From NCBI RefSeq assembly GCF_000315625.1, contig NW_005434511.1, positions 1-64,000 of the forward strand: a DNA stretch of 64,000 nt, read 5' to 3'. How positions within the stretch are numbered: position 1 is the stretch's first letter; each line of letters begins with the position of its first letter. Shown here piece by piece: positions 13,307 through 26,700 of this stretch. The DNA is from Guillardia theta CCMP2712 (taxonomy: Eukaryota; Protista; Cryptophyta). A program made the position numbers and the translations under genes. The notes below the pieces were generated by a model. That model worked only from the letters and a program-made list of their open reading frames with translations. It made no database searches and was not told the DNA's origin.

Positions 13307-16300
13307 NNNNNNNNNNNNNNNNNNNNNNNNNNNNNNNNNNNNNNNNNNNNNNNNNNNNNNNNNNNNNNNNNNNNNNNNNNNNNNNNNNNNNNNNNNNNNN
13401 NNNNNNNNNNNNNNNNNNNNNNNNNNNNNNNNNNNNNNNNNNNNNNNNNNNNNNNNNNNNNNNNNNNNNNNNNNNNNNNNNNNNNNNNNNNNNNNNNNNN
13501 NNNNNNNNNNNNNNNNNNNNNNNNNNNNNNNNNNNNNNNNNNNNNNNNNNNNNNNNNNNNNNNNNNNNNNNNNNNNNNNNNNNNNNNNNNNNNNNNNNNN
13601 NNNNNNNNNNNNNNNNNNNNNNNNNNNNNNNNNNNNNNNNNNNNNNNNNNNNNNNNNNNNNNNNNNNNNNNNNNNNNNNNNNNNNNNNNNNNNNNNNNNN
13701 NNNNNNNNNNNNNNNNNNNNNNNNNNNNNNNNNNNNNNNNNNNNNNNNNNNNNNNNNNNNNNNNNNNNNNNNNNNNNNNNNNNNNNNNNNNNNNNNNNNN
13801 NNNNNNNNNNNNNNNNNNNNNNNNNNNNNNNNNNNNNNNNNNNNNNNNNNNNNNNNNNNNNNNNNNNNNNNNNNNNNNNNNNNNNNNNNNNNNNNNNNNN
13901 NNNNNNNNNNNNNNNNNNNNNNNNNNNNNNNNNNNNNNNNNNNNNNNNNNNNNNNNNNNNNNNNNNNNNNNNNNNNNNNNNNNNNNNNNNNNNNNNNNNN
14001 NNNNNNNNNNNNNNNNNNNNNNNNNNNNNNNNNNNNNNNNNNNNNNNNNNNNNNNNNNNNNNNNNNNNNNNNNNNNNNNNNNNNNNNNNNNNNNNNNNNN
14101 NNNNNNNNNNNNNNNNNNNNNNNNNNNNNNNNNNNNNNNNNNNNNNNNNNNNNNNNNNNNNNNNTCATAGCGCATGTTGGAAACAAGATAGTCGACGATG
14201 ACTTGGCGTCCTTGGAGTAGGATGTCGGGAGGAGGGAACTTCAGATCAGGGCAGCCTTGCAGTTGAAGTTCAAAGAGCGCAGGTAGGTTGGCAAGGAAGG
14301 TAGGCAGCCCCTGCATTTCATTGTTGGAGGCCCAAAGGTGCCGGAGTCTCTTGAGACTCTCGATGCAGCGGGGGAGCTGGAAGAAGCGGTTCCCTGAGAT
14401 GTGGAGGGCCGTCAGGAGGGAGCAGGAGGAGAGCTCGTCGGGAAGAGAGGAGAACTGGTTGCAGGTGATCGAGAGCAGCGTCAGGGAGGAACATCCTCCG
14501 ATCTCCGACGGCAGCGATCGGACCTGGTTCTGGTCCATGCGCAGCTTCTGCAGCGCGTGCAGACACCCGACGGTCCCGGGGACGTAGACAATCTGATTCC
14601 TCGAGATGTTGAGAGACTCGAGGTTTGTCAGGCTCTGGAGAACATCGGCGGAGACGGTGGAGAGGAGGTTGTGTTGTAGAGAGAGCTTCCTGAGGTTGAA
14701 ACAGTGCTTGATATCAGCCGGCAGCACTTTGATCTCGTTGAAGGGTATCCTGAGCTCGATCAGTGTCTGCAGGTTGCCGATCTCGGCCGGAAGGTACAGC
14801 AACCCGTTGTTGTGCATGTGAAGAACTTTTAGATCCTGCATCTTGCCAATCGAGCTTGACAAGAACATGATCTTGTTGTCCCGCGCTTGGAGATGCTGCA
14901 GGTTCTCAAGTGTGATAATATCCTCGGGCAGTCGCTGCAGTGACAGTCCTGATATGTTCATGTACCCTGTCTCCTTCACACATAAGTAGGACTTGCGGAT
15001 GTACGCTAGGGTAGCCATGGTTCCCTGCAGCAGAATCTCGTATGGAGGGTTGACCATGTAGCGCGAGAATGGTAGGGAAAGTTTGACAAGGCGTGTCATC
15101 GCACCCATGACAAACGGCAGCGACTGGAGCTGTAAGTTCTTGAGCGAGAGGTCGGTAAGGTCAGTGAGCCGCTCGATGCTGGGAGGGAGGGAGGAGAAGT
15201 AGTTGCCGTCCAGGTAGAGGGAGGTGATGCTGGGGATGGAATAGATCTCCACAGGGAACGACTTCAGTCCCAGCCCTCTCAGATCAACCACTCTCGATTC
15301 CCTTCCTTGGTAGATAGCATTGAGGTACCTAACCACAAGACTCGCCTTCCTCTCGCAGATTTCTGGGTTGGGCGACACCATCTCAGCCACGTCTAACGTC
15401 AGCGCGTCCAGGAGGTAGAGGTTGCCCATCTCCAGCGGGAGGATCGTGACGTTGTTCCCTTCGAGCCAGAGCTCCGTCAGGCTTGTCAAGTTTCCTACCT
15501 GGACGGGGATGATGGTTATGTCATTGTTGTCCAGCCTCAACGACTGCAGCTGAGCCAGATGCTCGCAGAGCTCCCGCGGCAGCCGCCGGATCCGATTATA
15601 GGACAGCCACAGGTCCCGCATTCTTGACATGAGCGTGAGAGCAGTTGGTAGCTCCTCCACTGAGTTCTTTGACAGCACCAGCCGCGTCAGGCTCGTCAGC
15701 CCCAGCACTTCCTGCGGAACGTGGAGCAAGTTGGTCCCCATGAGCTCGACGCTCGAAGTTGCTCTGCTGCGCAGGATAGCATCGAAGTACTTCTGGATCC
15801 TAGGGAACCCCGCAAGGCTGATCTCGGGAGGAGGAGTTTGCAACTTTTCTAGGTCGATGTCGAGCTTGAGGAGGTTGGTCATCCAGCCAATCTCGAGCGG
15901 GAGGGAGGCGATGGGGTTGCCGACGACGTTGAGACGGGTCAGGTTGGTGAGAAGGTAGAGGTTGTCGGGGAGGAGACAAGCTGGTTGCTGATGACTGAGA
16001 TCTCCGTCAGAGACGTTAGAGCAGTGATGGAGGCAGGAAACGAGCGGAGGCAGTTGTAGTCTGCGTTGAGGTACTTGAGACTGACCAGCTGGGCGTTCGC
16101 TCCAGCCCCCTGCGCCGACTTCCCCTTGCTCGGCTGCTTGCCGTGGACAGGGGAAGACTGCTCCTCCTCCTCCTTGCCCTCTGACACCTTTCCGGTCAAC
16201 GACTGCATCCTGTTGTTGGCGATCAGCAGCCGCTCGAGGTTGGGGATGGGGAGGATTTCGTAGTCGATAGACTCAAGCTCGAGGGCTCGGAGGTCGAGCG

Positions 16301-19300
16301 TGTTCGACGTCTGGCAGCGGAAGAGGCGGGAGAGAAAGTCAAGGATTGATCGCAGGCCCCTGGCGACGATCTCGGGAGGAGGCATCCTGAGCGGGTTGTC
16401 GTGGACCGTCAGCTCCTTCATGGAGTCGCTCTGGCACAGGTCGATGGGCAGTGAGAAGATAAGGTTCTGGTGGGCCAGCAGGGATTTCAGCTGAGGAAGG
16501 TGGCCAAGGCCCTCCGGCAGCTGCTGCAGGCGATTCTGTGACAGGTTTAGCACCGTCAAACTTGACAGCCTCGAGATGCTGCTGGGCACGTGCTGGAGCT
16601 TGTTGCGGTGGAGGTCCAGCAGCCGGAGGCCCGTCAGGCTGCCGATGGTGTCAGGGACGAGCCGGAGCTCGTTCTGCGATCCCAGCAGGCAGGTCAGCTG
16701 GGCGAAGCGAGAGATGCCCTCTGGAAGCTCCTCGAGCAAGTTGCAGGAGAGGGAGAGGCTGACCAGCTGGGTCATACCGTACGCCCACCTGTCTCTCCTC
16801 ACCCTCTGCTCGCTCCACTCCTCGCCGGGGCGGGGGAGGCCGCGGTAGACGATGAGGGGGAGGCGAGCGAGCGAGAAGCTGTCGAGGTTGAGCCGATCCC
16901 CTTCGGCGTCAGCCAGCATGTCCCTGAAGGAGCAGGCGGGAGCACAGCTGAGGATGTTGTCGTAGAAGCGCATCATGACGGTGAGGCCCTGGGAGAGGAT
17001 GTCTTCGGGCGGAAAGATGATGGCGTTGTCTCTGTAGTCGAGGACTGACAGCTTCTTCAGCAGCGCGATCTCTGGTGGGATTTCTGTCAGCCTGTTCCCC
17101 CTGATGTTCAGATTCTCGATCATGATGCACTTGAAGATGCTCGGAGCGAACACGGTGAGGGAGTTGTTGGCGAAGGAAACGTCTCGGAGACAGGGGAACG
17201 AGTCCATGAAGGCAGGCATAGCCTCGAGCTTGTTTCCTTCCAGGTTGAGGTATGTCAAGCTCGCCAGCTCTGCCATCTTCTCTGAGATGATCTTGATGTG
17301 GTTGTCAACCAGCGACAAAGACGTCAAGTTGCTCAGCGTCGAGATCCCGTCGGGGATAACCCGCAGCAAGTTGCTGTCCATGACAACCTCTCTCAGCTCG
17401 ACAAGGTTGTAACTCTCCCTCGGCCACTGGATCAGCTCGAAGCTCTTGAGGGAGAGGGAGCGAGAGGACCGAGCTGTGTACAAGGCTTTTAGGAAGGAGA
17501 GGACCACGTGCGGGGACGGCCCCTCCCTCCCCTGCCTGCTTTCTGTCTGCGCTGCCTCCCCCCTCCTTGGCAGGATGGTCTTGATTATCTCGAAGGGAGG
17601 AGAGACCACTGGGTTCGAGAAGACGTTCCAGGTGACAAGGTTGCTAAGAGCATGCAGCTCTGGGTACAGCACAGGGACCTTGTTCCGAACCAGCTCCAGC
17701 TCCGTCAAGTTGGTCAGGGAGGAGAGGAAGATAGGGAGGTCGTCGATGCGGTTCTGTGAGAAGGACAGGGAGGTCAGGTCGGTGAGGAGAGTGAGTTGCG
17801 GAGGGAGCGAAGTGAGCTCCAGCCTGTTCAGTTCAAGGCATCGCAAGGACGTCAGCTGGAAGACCTCCGAAGGGATCTCAGAGAGGAAGAAGTCGCTGAG
17901 AATGCAGACTTGCTCGTCCTCTGCTTCGAGCATGCTCGCAAGGTACGCCAGGATGTTCTCTGTGCAGTGCCTGGTGATCTCGTTACAAGGTGACGTCAAT
18001 GGGAGCCCTTGGATCTCCAGCGATGTCAAGCTCCGCATCCTTGCAAGGCATCGTGGAAGAACTTTGATGCGATTTTGAGACACTGCCAGGGTTCGCAGCC
18101 GTGAGTGTGTGCTGAGGTCATGGGGGATGGAGGAGATACGGTTTCTCCTGACCTCCAGCACTTCCAGGTGAGGCATCTGAAGACAGATGCTGCTGTCGAT
18201 GACAGTCAGATCGTTCCCGTCCATGTTCACCCTGATCAACTTGCTCCACCCGAGCACTTCCGCACAGATCGCCTTCATCGTCGTCAGGGTCCTGCACCAG
18301 CTCCAGTCCAGCACGCCAGTGATCATGGCGACTTCGCTCGTCAGGTAGTAGCGGAGGATGTGAGCTGTGCTTGCTGATCTCATCTCAGCTGGGGGAGTCT
18401 CGAGCCTGTTGTTGGAGATTGACAACCTGGACAACATGGTGGGAGAGAGATGCCCGAGCTCTATGGGGAGCCGCGTGAGCTTGTTGTCGTTGAGGTACAA
18501 CACAGTCAGGTTGCTCAGAGTTCCGATGCTGGGAGGGAGAGTCCTCAGCTGGTTGTGAGAGAAGTTGAGAAACGTCAAAGTTGACAGGCGGGAGATCTCA
18601 GGTGGGATGTTTGACAGCCTGTTGAGCTCGAGCTTCAGCTGGAGCAGCTGGAAGTTGGTGGACAGCAGGATTTCAGCTGGGATGACCTCAAGTCGAAAGT
18701 TGCTCGCGTCAAACTCCTTGGTGACGCGGGCAGTCCGCAGCCTCGAGAGCCACATGGCGAGCGGGTTGGTAGCCGAAATTCCGTTGTGCCATTGTTTGGT
18801 CTTCTGCTGCATGACAAGAGCATGTTCAACAACTTCAACAGGATGTTGATCGAGGAAATTGTCTTGTATGTTCACTTCCGTCAACGAGGTCATCACTCCG
18901 AGGATCGGCGGCAACCTTGTGATCTGATTGTTGGAGACCGACAACTCTGTCAGCGCTGTCATGCCGCCGATGGTAGGAGGGAGAGTCGTGAGGAGGTTGT
19001 AAGACATGATGAAGGTCTTGAGACTGTTCAACTTGCCGATCTCGAGCGGAAGACTGCCGATCTTGTTGTTTGAGAAGTTCAAAAGCTTCAGCCAAGTCAT
19101 GTGCTGTACGCTAGCTGGAACACAGTCGATCATGTTCATGTTAAGGAACAAGTTCACCAGGTTGGTGAGTTGCAGGAAGCTGCTTGCAAACTCCTTCAGT
19201 CTGTTGCCAGCGAGGTTGAGCGTTCGCAGCGATACCATCCTCCTCATCTCCAACTCGATCTCATCAAGACTGTTGTAAGAGAGATCCAACTGAACAATCG

Positions 19301-22300
19301 TCGAGCAAGTGAAGAACTCTGCGGGGATCCTGCCGATGTAGTTGTGAGACAAGTCGACAATCTTAATGTCCTCCACGTCCGCAATGGCCAGGGGAAAGCT
19401 CTTCAGATCGCACCCGGACATCGCCACTTCCCCGTTGGAAGAAGCTTCGGCGAACAGCTTCAAGAACCTGATCATGGCTGGGATGCCGAGCTTGACGATC
19501 TCGAGGGGAGGATGGGTCAGGTTGTTGCCGTCCAGCTTGAGCCTCTTCAGCCCAGTCAAGTTGCCGATGTCAAGAGGGAGGAACGTCAGGAGGTTGTTCT
19601 CGAAGTTGATCTCGGCAAGGCTGAAGCACTTGCCCAGCGACTTGGGGAGGGTTCGGAAACGGTTCTCACGCATGGAGAGTATGGTGAGGTTTGACAACTT
19701 GGAGAAGTCTCGGGGGAGAGAAGAGATGAAGTTGGAGTCGAGATTCATCTCGATCAAATCGAAGAACTCGCTGCCAGCGATGGTGATCTCAGGAGGGAAC
19801 ACAGACAACCCGAACTTTGCGAGGTTCAGCACGCCACCAACGTAGAGATGGTCGGAGATGAAACACTCCTGCTGCTCCCTCGCCGCCGACAGCTGGTGGA
19901 GGTAAGAGAACCAGGTCAAGAACGGCTGAGCAAGGATATCCTTGGGAGGGCTCCAGACTATGTTGCCTTCGATCTCGATCTCTCTTAAGTTTGTGAACTG
20001 AGAGAAGGACAAGGGGAGGCGATCAATCAGATTGTCCATCAGGTTCAACTTTCGTAGACTGCCCAGGTCCGCCAGCCCCTCCAGTCCAGCACACAGCCTG
20101 TTCGAGGACAACGAAAGCTGATCGAGAGAGCTGAGCTTGTACAAGCTCGACGGCAGCTGGCTGAGCTCGTTGCAGTCGAGGCTGAGACTGGAGAGGTTTG
20201 ACAGCCGTTGAAACTTGTCGGCGATGGTGTGGATGCGGTTCATGGTGAAAGAGGCAACTTTCAGACTCGTCAGTCGGAACAGGGAGGAGGGAAGAGCGTC
20301 GAGCAAGTTGGAGTCAAGGTACAACTCAGTCAGTGACGTCAGCATTCCGAACTCCTCCGGCAAGTGCTGGAGCCCGTTCTGTCGGAGGTCAAGGGCCGTC
20401 AAGACGGTCACATGCTGGCTGAGGAAAACTTCTTGGGGGACAGAAGTCAGATTCCACCTCCTCAGTTCCATCTCCTGCGTTTTTTCACAGCTCGTGACTC
20501 GTCTCATGAACTCCAAGGTTGTCTGTATGCCGAAACTCCAGATCTCCATAGAGGGAGAACGCATGATATGGCTGTCGAGCCTGATCTCCACCAGTGTCGT
20601 CATCACGTGGAACTCGAGCGGGAACAAGTCGATCTTGTTCATGTTGATGTACAGCTCCTGCAACCTTGGGAACAGGTGGATGATGTCGACAGGAAGAACT
20701 TCGAGATCCAGACCAGACAAGTCCAGCACCTGAGTCGTCCAGGCGATGTCAGCTCTGCGAAGAAACTCGACAATCTTCTTAGTCCCGAGGGCTGAGATGG
20801 AGGGAGGAGGGAACGAGAGATGGTCGGGGCTCAGTTCAAGCTTCTTCATCCTCCTAAGGCGGGAGAGCTCGACTGGCAGGGCAGTGAGCGGGTTGTCCTG
20901 GAGCGAGAGGTGCGTCAAGCTCTGAAGCCGCTCGATCTGTGCTGGGATCGTAGCGATGGAGTTGCTCTGAAGCATCAGAATCTGCAGCAAGTCAAGATCT
21001 CCTATCCTTGCAGGGAGGCTCTTCAGCTGGTTGTTGTTCAACCTGATCTGAGTCAAGAAACGGATATCCCCAATGGCCTCAGGGAGGGTAGCGATCATGT
21101 TGTACTCTAGCCAGAGGATGCGGATGCTGGTGATCCGAACGTCGCTGAAGATGGAGGGAGGGATCTCCTTGAGACTAGCATTGCTCAGGTCGAGCTTCAG
21201 TGATTTCTTTGCGAGCTCCTGCCGCTCCTTGAGCAGCTTGTTCAGTTTGGCTGCTGCTGAGCTCTTGGACAGCGTCGACATGGCGGAAGCAGAAGTCTTA
21301 TTCAAGCTCTTGCGCTGAGTTGCTTCCATGATCGTCGAGCTCATTCCAGACTTGCTCTGATTCCTCGCTCCTCTTCCGTGATCTTGGCTTGCAAACGATG
21401 TCGTTTTCGACTGGCCCTTCCTCTCTCCCTCCTTCGGCTTCTCCTCCTCCTGCTCCTCCTCGTCCTCACGCTCCTGCTCCTCCTGCTTTTCTTCTCTCAC
21501 CTTCTCTCCTTCACCCATTCCTCTTTCATCCGCCATGGCAAGGGCAGCAGGAAGACCAGTGACCAAATCTTCATCGCGTTGCTCCCCCTTCTCATCTTCC
21601 GCACTGCCCTCCCTTCCACCGCCATTTTTCGCCTCTTCCCGCACTCTCAAACTATCCTGCTCCTCTTGCTCCTCTTGCCTCGTTCTGACCCCCACTTGCA
21701 GCACTTCCCCAGCCTTCCCTTCCTCCGTTCTGCTTCCTCCTCCTTCCGCCCTCCTCCGCCTCTTCTCAGAGATCTCCAGCAAGAATTCTTCCGCACGCGC
21801 CCGCAGCATCTTAGCAACCTTCTCAGCTCTCTGTATGTCGCTGCGAGATGCTCCTTCCTGTATCAACTCCGTCCAGGAGCGGTCTGCCTTGCTCGCTTCT
21901 CTCAACACCTCCACCCTCAAGCTCTCTGCCTCTTCCACATCCAGCGAAGCAAGATCGCACTCGAAGAACGAGCGACGATGATCATCAGCAGCTAGAACAT
22001 CCATGTCCTCCTTCCCTTCCCCCGAGATCCTCTCCCCTGCTCCCTCGGACTCTATCGCGCTCTCGATCCATTCCCGCACCATTGCCTCCATCATGGCCGG
22101 CACTTCTTCGCCTCCCGCCTCCCTCGCCCCTCCTTCCACGTTCTCCGACGTAGTAAGCTCTACCCCTTCATGCTGTACCTCCCCATGCTCCACCACCACC
22201 ACCACCACCTCCTCCTCCTCCTCCGTCACCATGGAACTCGCTTTCTGGGCCAGCAGAGGCAGCAAGGCTCTAACTCGATGCCCTCGGAAGACAGCCTGTA

Positions 22301-23119
22301 TGGTCCGAGAGGACTTTTCACGGAGGTGCAAGGCAAAGGGGCAGCTGCTCTCCAACAAGAACAACTTCATCTCCCTCTGTTGCTCCTCAGGCATCTCCTG
22401 CACCCTGTTGAGAACATCGGAGGCAGCAGCTTCTACATCCTCATCCTCCATCTCTTGCAGCTCGAGGATGAGATTCCTGCACACGCTCGTCAATCCTGCC
22501 ATCATGTTCAGCCTGCTCACCTCAACATTCTCTCCCAGTTGATCTTTGACTTCTCTTCACGGAACATCTTTCTTCGCTGAAACAACCCTCTCGCCACGTG
22601 ACATCGGTAGGATCTCTGCAGACACAGGGAGCTCGTGTGTCGTAGGACCATAACGACCTCGTCGTCCAGCGAGTGCTCATGAAGGATCTCGACAGGCGTC
22701 GTCCCTGACAGCCTCATCGCAATCAACAGGTCGTCCCCTCGCTCTCTCCTGAGCGTTCCAGTCTCTTCCAGCTCTCGAGATGCAGCAGTGATCTTGGTGA
22801 GGATGCGTTGGTCAGCAGCGCTGCCGTCATCCCTCGGGAGCCAGCGGGAGACAAGCTGAAGCATGTCTTCCGTCCATGGCGAAGAGTCTGGGAGCGGAGG
22901 TAGCCATTGCTTCGCAAGGATCAAACCTTGCATTGGAAGCAGCGAAAGGAAGGTGGGTCGAATCCCCTCGCCTCACATGCTTCCTGCTTAGACGTCTCCC
23001 TCTCGCCCTCGCATCCTTCGACCGATAGTCTGCATCATCTCGTACCGGGGAAGCGCAAGCTTGCAGTGCTGAACCAGACCCTTCAAGCTGATCCTACAGC
23101 TTCCAAGATGCCAATGCAT
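12752..23119 (-). CDS. Giant leucine-rich-repeat protein (about 3000 aa) with two IQ motifs and a C-terminal coiled coil; -1 frameshift at 15972
   Basis: Dozens of 23-aa LxxLxLxxNxLxxLP repeats span 14165 to about 21200. IQ-like motifs are LQRSYRCHVAR and IQAVFRGHRVR. A 44-nt intron lies at 22477-22520. Terminal exons are about 13090-13187 and 12752-12820 (ARAKAVEAEEIARALRKIAGE*). The start is uncertain and a gap covers 13307-14164. Confidence 0.9.
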
Positions 23120-23193
23120 GGCAGTCGCGTTGAAGCATGAATTCTTCTCTCGCCGCCCAGCATCTCATCTGTGCCTCTTCTCCAGCCTTCCCG

Positions 23194-23275
23194 CTCCTCT
23201 CCTCTCCTCTCCTCTCCTCTCCTCTCCTCTCCTCTCCTCTCCTCTCCTCTCCTCTCCTCTCCTCTCCTCTCCTCC
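23194..23275 (+). repeat. (CTCCT)n microsatellite
   Basis: Pentamer run near the 5' end of the LRR gene. Confidence 0.95.
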
Positions 23276-23525
23276 TTCTCCTTCCCCTTCCCTCCCATCT
23301 TCTCTCATCCATCCCTACAGCATGGCGCTGCTTCACCGCCCTGGTTTCATGGCCGGTAGTTGAATGGTCATGGGGGGGATGTGGCTCCGGGCCTCTTGGG
23401 CCGGACTCCGGGCCCGGCCCGAACTCTCTCAGTGCCAGGATTCGAAGAAGCCTTTGACTTTTTTTTTTTAACCTCAACGGCTCCCCCGCCCCCCTCCTGC
23501 GTCCACTCGTTTCCTAGAGCATATT

Positions 23526-23559
23526 GCTCCTGCTCCTGCTCTCCTGCTCCTGCTCCTGA

Positions 23560-23641
<82 letters not shown>

Positions 23642-23690
23642 CTTGCTGCTCCTGCTCCTGCTCCTCCTCCTGCTCCTGCTCCTGCTCCTC
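23526..23690 (+). repeat. (CCTGCT)n microsatellite between divergent genes
   Basis: Hexamer run. It produces spurious poly-PA and poly-RS ORFs. Confidence 0.95.
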
Positions 23691-23787
23691 AAGCTTCCTT
23701 CTTTATCACCTGAGTTCTGTTCGCCTGTCTATGGCGTGAGCCAGTGCGAAGGTATCAGTTCTTTCGCTTCGCGTGCAGTCAGCAGCC

Positions 23788-26700
23788 ATGAGCCCTCGTT
23801 CTAAGGGACGACCTTTCAGCGCAGCGCCAGGTCACTTACCTTCATGTTGCTCTGGGGAAGGATTGACTTTGACTGGAATGACAGGGCTGGATTCAAAGAT
23901 GAACCTGTAAGTTGAATTTCTGTATGTCAAAGTTTCGATCGGATGTGAAGATGATCATGCAGGTTGAGCCATGATCAGCTCCCGAGGCGCGCCAAGACGC
24001 CTGTCAGCATGTTTGGTCCCATATCTGTGCATGTAGGACAAGAGACTGATTTTACTCCATTGACGTTGACTGCGATGTTTGTTGGCAGGAGGAAAATTTG
24101 AGCAAGGGGAGACGAGTCGGCCGCCGGTTTATAGAGCCGCGTGTTATGACTCAATCCAAGATATCGAAGATGGTCGAAACCATGCAGGTATTATGCAATT
24201 TGTCTCCATCAAGACAAACTGCACAGTTTGTCTTGATTTGAATGTTTCTTGCTCTATCCGTGCTTCTGACATCCTTGTACAAGGATGCGATGGGAGAGGT
24301 GGACAGGAAGGATGTGGGAGAGTGGGAGTGGAGAAACATTCATACAGCTCCCGTCTCCAACATGATGACTGCCGCTCCCCGGTCTCAGTGCAACAGCGCT
24401 TCTGGTTTGGGCTCGGTCAGCGAGATTGTGAATTGAATGAAAGGTGTTGATCTGACTGGTTTTGTAGATGATAAAGGAGAAGGAGATTGACGTGAATACT
24501 TTGCTTCTTACCCTCATGCTGTACTTCTTGACTTGTACGTCACTCTAGAGTTCTCAAGCATCCCGCTTGAATTTTCCTCGCGCTTGGAGTGCGGACGGGA
24601 CCCCAAATCATCGGCAGAGGTACCGCGAGCGTTGCGATCTGAATCATCTGTGACTGTGCGAGCAGGAAACTAGACCTGTCGAAGAGAGCGTGGAGTGCGA
24701 CGGATGATTCGAGTGAGAAGAGGGGGAGGAGGAGAGAGGGGGGAGGAGCGGAGGAGAGGAGAGGGAGAGGAGGAGAGGGGAGTACGTGTGTGTAAGTGTG
24801 TGAGAGAGATAGAGGTGAGAAAGAGAAGACAGGAGAAGGAGGGGAGAGGAGAGGAGGAGGTAACAGTGGTGGGCAGAGGTCACTGAAAAGGTGAACCCTT
24901 GGTCAACTGGGAATCCCTTCGTCCTATCCAAGAAGTACAGCAAAATCTCCTCCTTCAGCAAGTACCAGGTAGGAAGAGGAGCAGTGGAGTCAGACTGTCT
25001 GATGTATGTATGACAGGATTCTCTCGAGGACTCACTCGGACCGCTGTTCGACAGGCCGCAGTCAGGTCTGTTCTGCTAACCTTGCTGTTGTGATGTTGCT
25101 AACTTCTCGGGTGACGCTGTTGGTGCAGCGATGCAGTTTGTTGATCTCGACGATGAGACGAAGAAAAGGTGAGAGGAGGAGATCGAGAGATGTTTTTGTT
25201 TTGTCTGCATGGATGTTGTTTCAACCCTTGGATCTTCCGTTCTCTTTTCTTCTCACATCCTTGAACGCATCAAGTCGTTGTGTATTTGTACGTGAACGAA
25301 GTACGTTGGTTACGCATGCATGTGTTGTATGATTGAATGTATGCCCGTAAATTTGTCCGTCACTCTGCTGTTCTTGACATCCTTGCCCTTGCTTGCTGTG
25401 TCTTTGTGATACTTTCTTCAGAGCTCCGTCCTCCCTCGTTGCCAGAGCCGTCGCCTCCTCAAGAATGACTGTGAGACTCGCGAGAGAGGAGGAGGAGGTT
25501 GACGGAGGTTGAAGGTGATCGAAGACGATGAGGAGATACAAGACTTTAGAAGAAAGTTCGAAGAGATTGAGGACGACTTGGAGGTGAGATGCTGGTTTGG
25601 AGAAGATGTCTGGCATTATGATGATGCTGACTACGACAATGACGAGGAGGAGGAGGAGGAGGAGGAGGAGGAGGAGGGATGATGATGATGATGATGATGA
25701 TGAAGAGGAGGAGGAGGAGGGATGTGCAATCGTTGCTGGTTAACAAACTTTCATTGAAGATGACATCAAAGAAAAATCGCTTTGAAGTTTCAATCTTCTA
25801 TGATGGAAAACTCACCAACAACATGGCAAAATCACGATCAGTTCTCACAGTGAGTACAAACATCACAACGTTCCTTCTTCTCCTCCTCAGCAAGTTTGCA
25901 GGAGATCTTTCTTGCCTTCTGTGGGCTTCAACAAAACTACGGAGGAACAAACAGTTTTTCTGAGAGGTGAGACTTCGATGGAATGAACATCAAGACAATG
26001 TTTTGTACACATATCAGGAGCCTGCCCATGTTCTGTAAAAGTGTTTGTTGACAGTGTTTCAAGATTGTCCTCTCTGTGAACTTTTGAATGAACATGTCTT
26101 ACCACAGAGCTGTCTCCCTCAGCAGCATTGGATACGCAGAGTTTGGAATCATGGTCAGAAAAGATGATGTTAGTCGTTCGCAACTTGATGTTGTTTACAG
26201 ATGAAAGAATTTCTTCCTGATTTCGACATCGACTATGAAGAGGTTTTCTTGAACTTATTCTATCAGTCTCCCTTTGCTAAGAACCTCTCCTTCACTTTCA
26301 TTGTCTTCTCTCCCATCTAAACTTTTCCCGCTCTTTTACATTCCTCACACAAATCAACCCATGTACCACATGAATGTCAAATCTATCCAAATCAAACCTT
26401 TTTCCCTTTCACATTTCTCCCACGTTTCCCTCACACTCCTCCCGAGTGTATACTCCTCTATAATACCTCACCTGCTTCTCTCATACTTTTCCTTCATATC
26501 TCCCTCTTGTACATCACTTACATCTTTCAGACTCCTTACAATATTTCTCCCACCTTTCTTCACTTTTCTCCTTACATATTTTTCCCACCTTTCTCTTTCA
26601 CTTTTCTCACTTGCCCCGCAGATTTTCAAGGTTTTCACCGTCACCAAGCAGAAAGGTGTTCCCAGCACTTTCAAGTGGGAGAAAGAGTGGGGGGTAGACC

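Noticed and set aside
22477-22520. Apparent frameshift between the ORFs at 22517 and 22520
   Set aside because: It is explained by a canonical 44-nt GTGAGC...TTGAC...GCAG intron.
14288-22580. Numerous + strand ORFs antisense to the LRR gene (likewise opposite the other long genes)
   Set aside because: These are shadow ORFs expected from GC3-rich codon usage and have no independent protein features.
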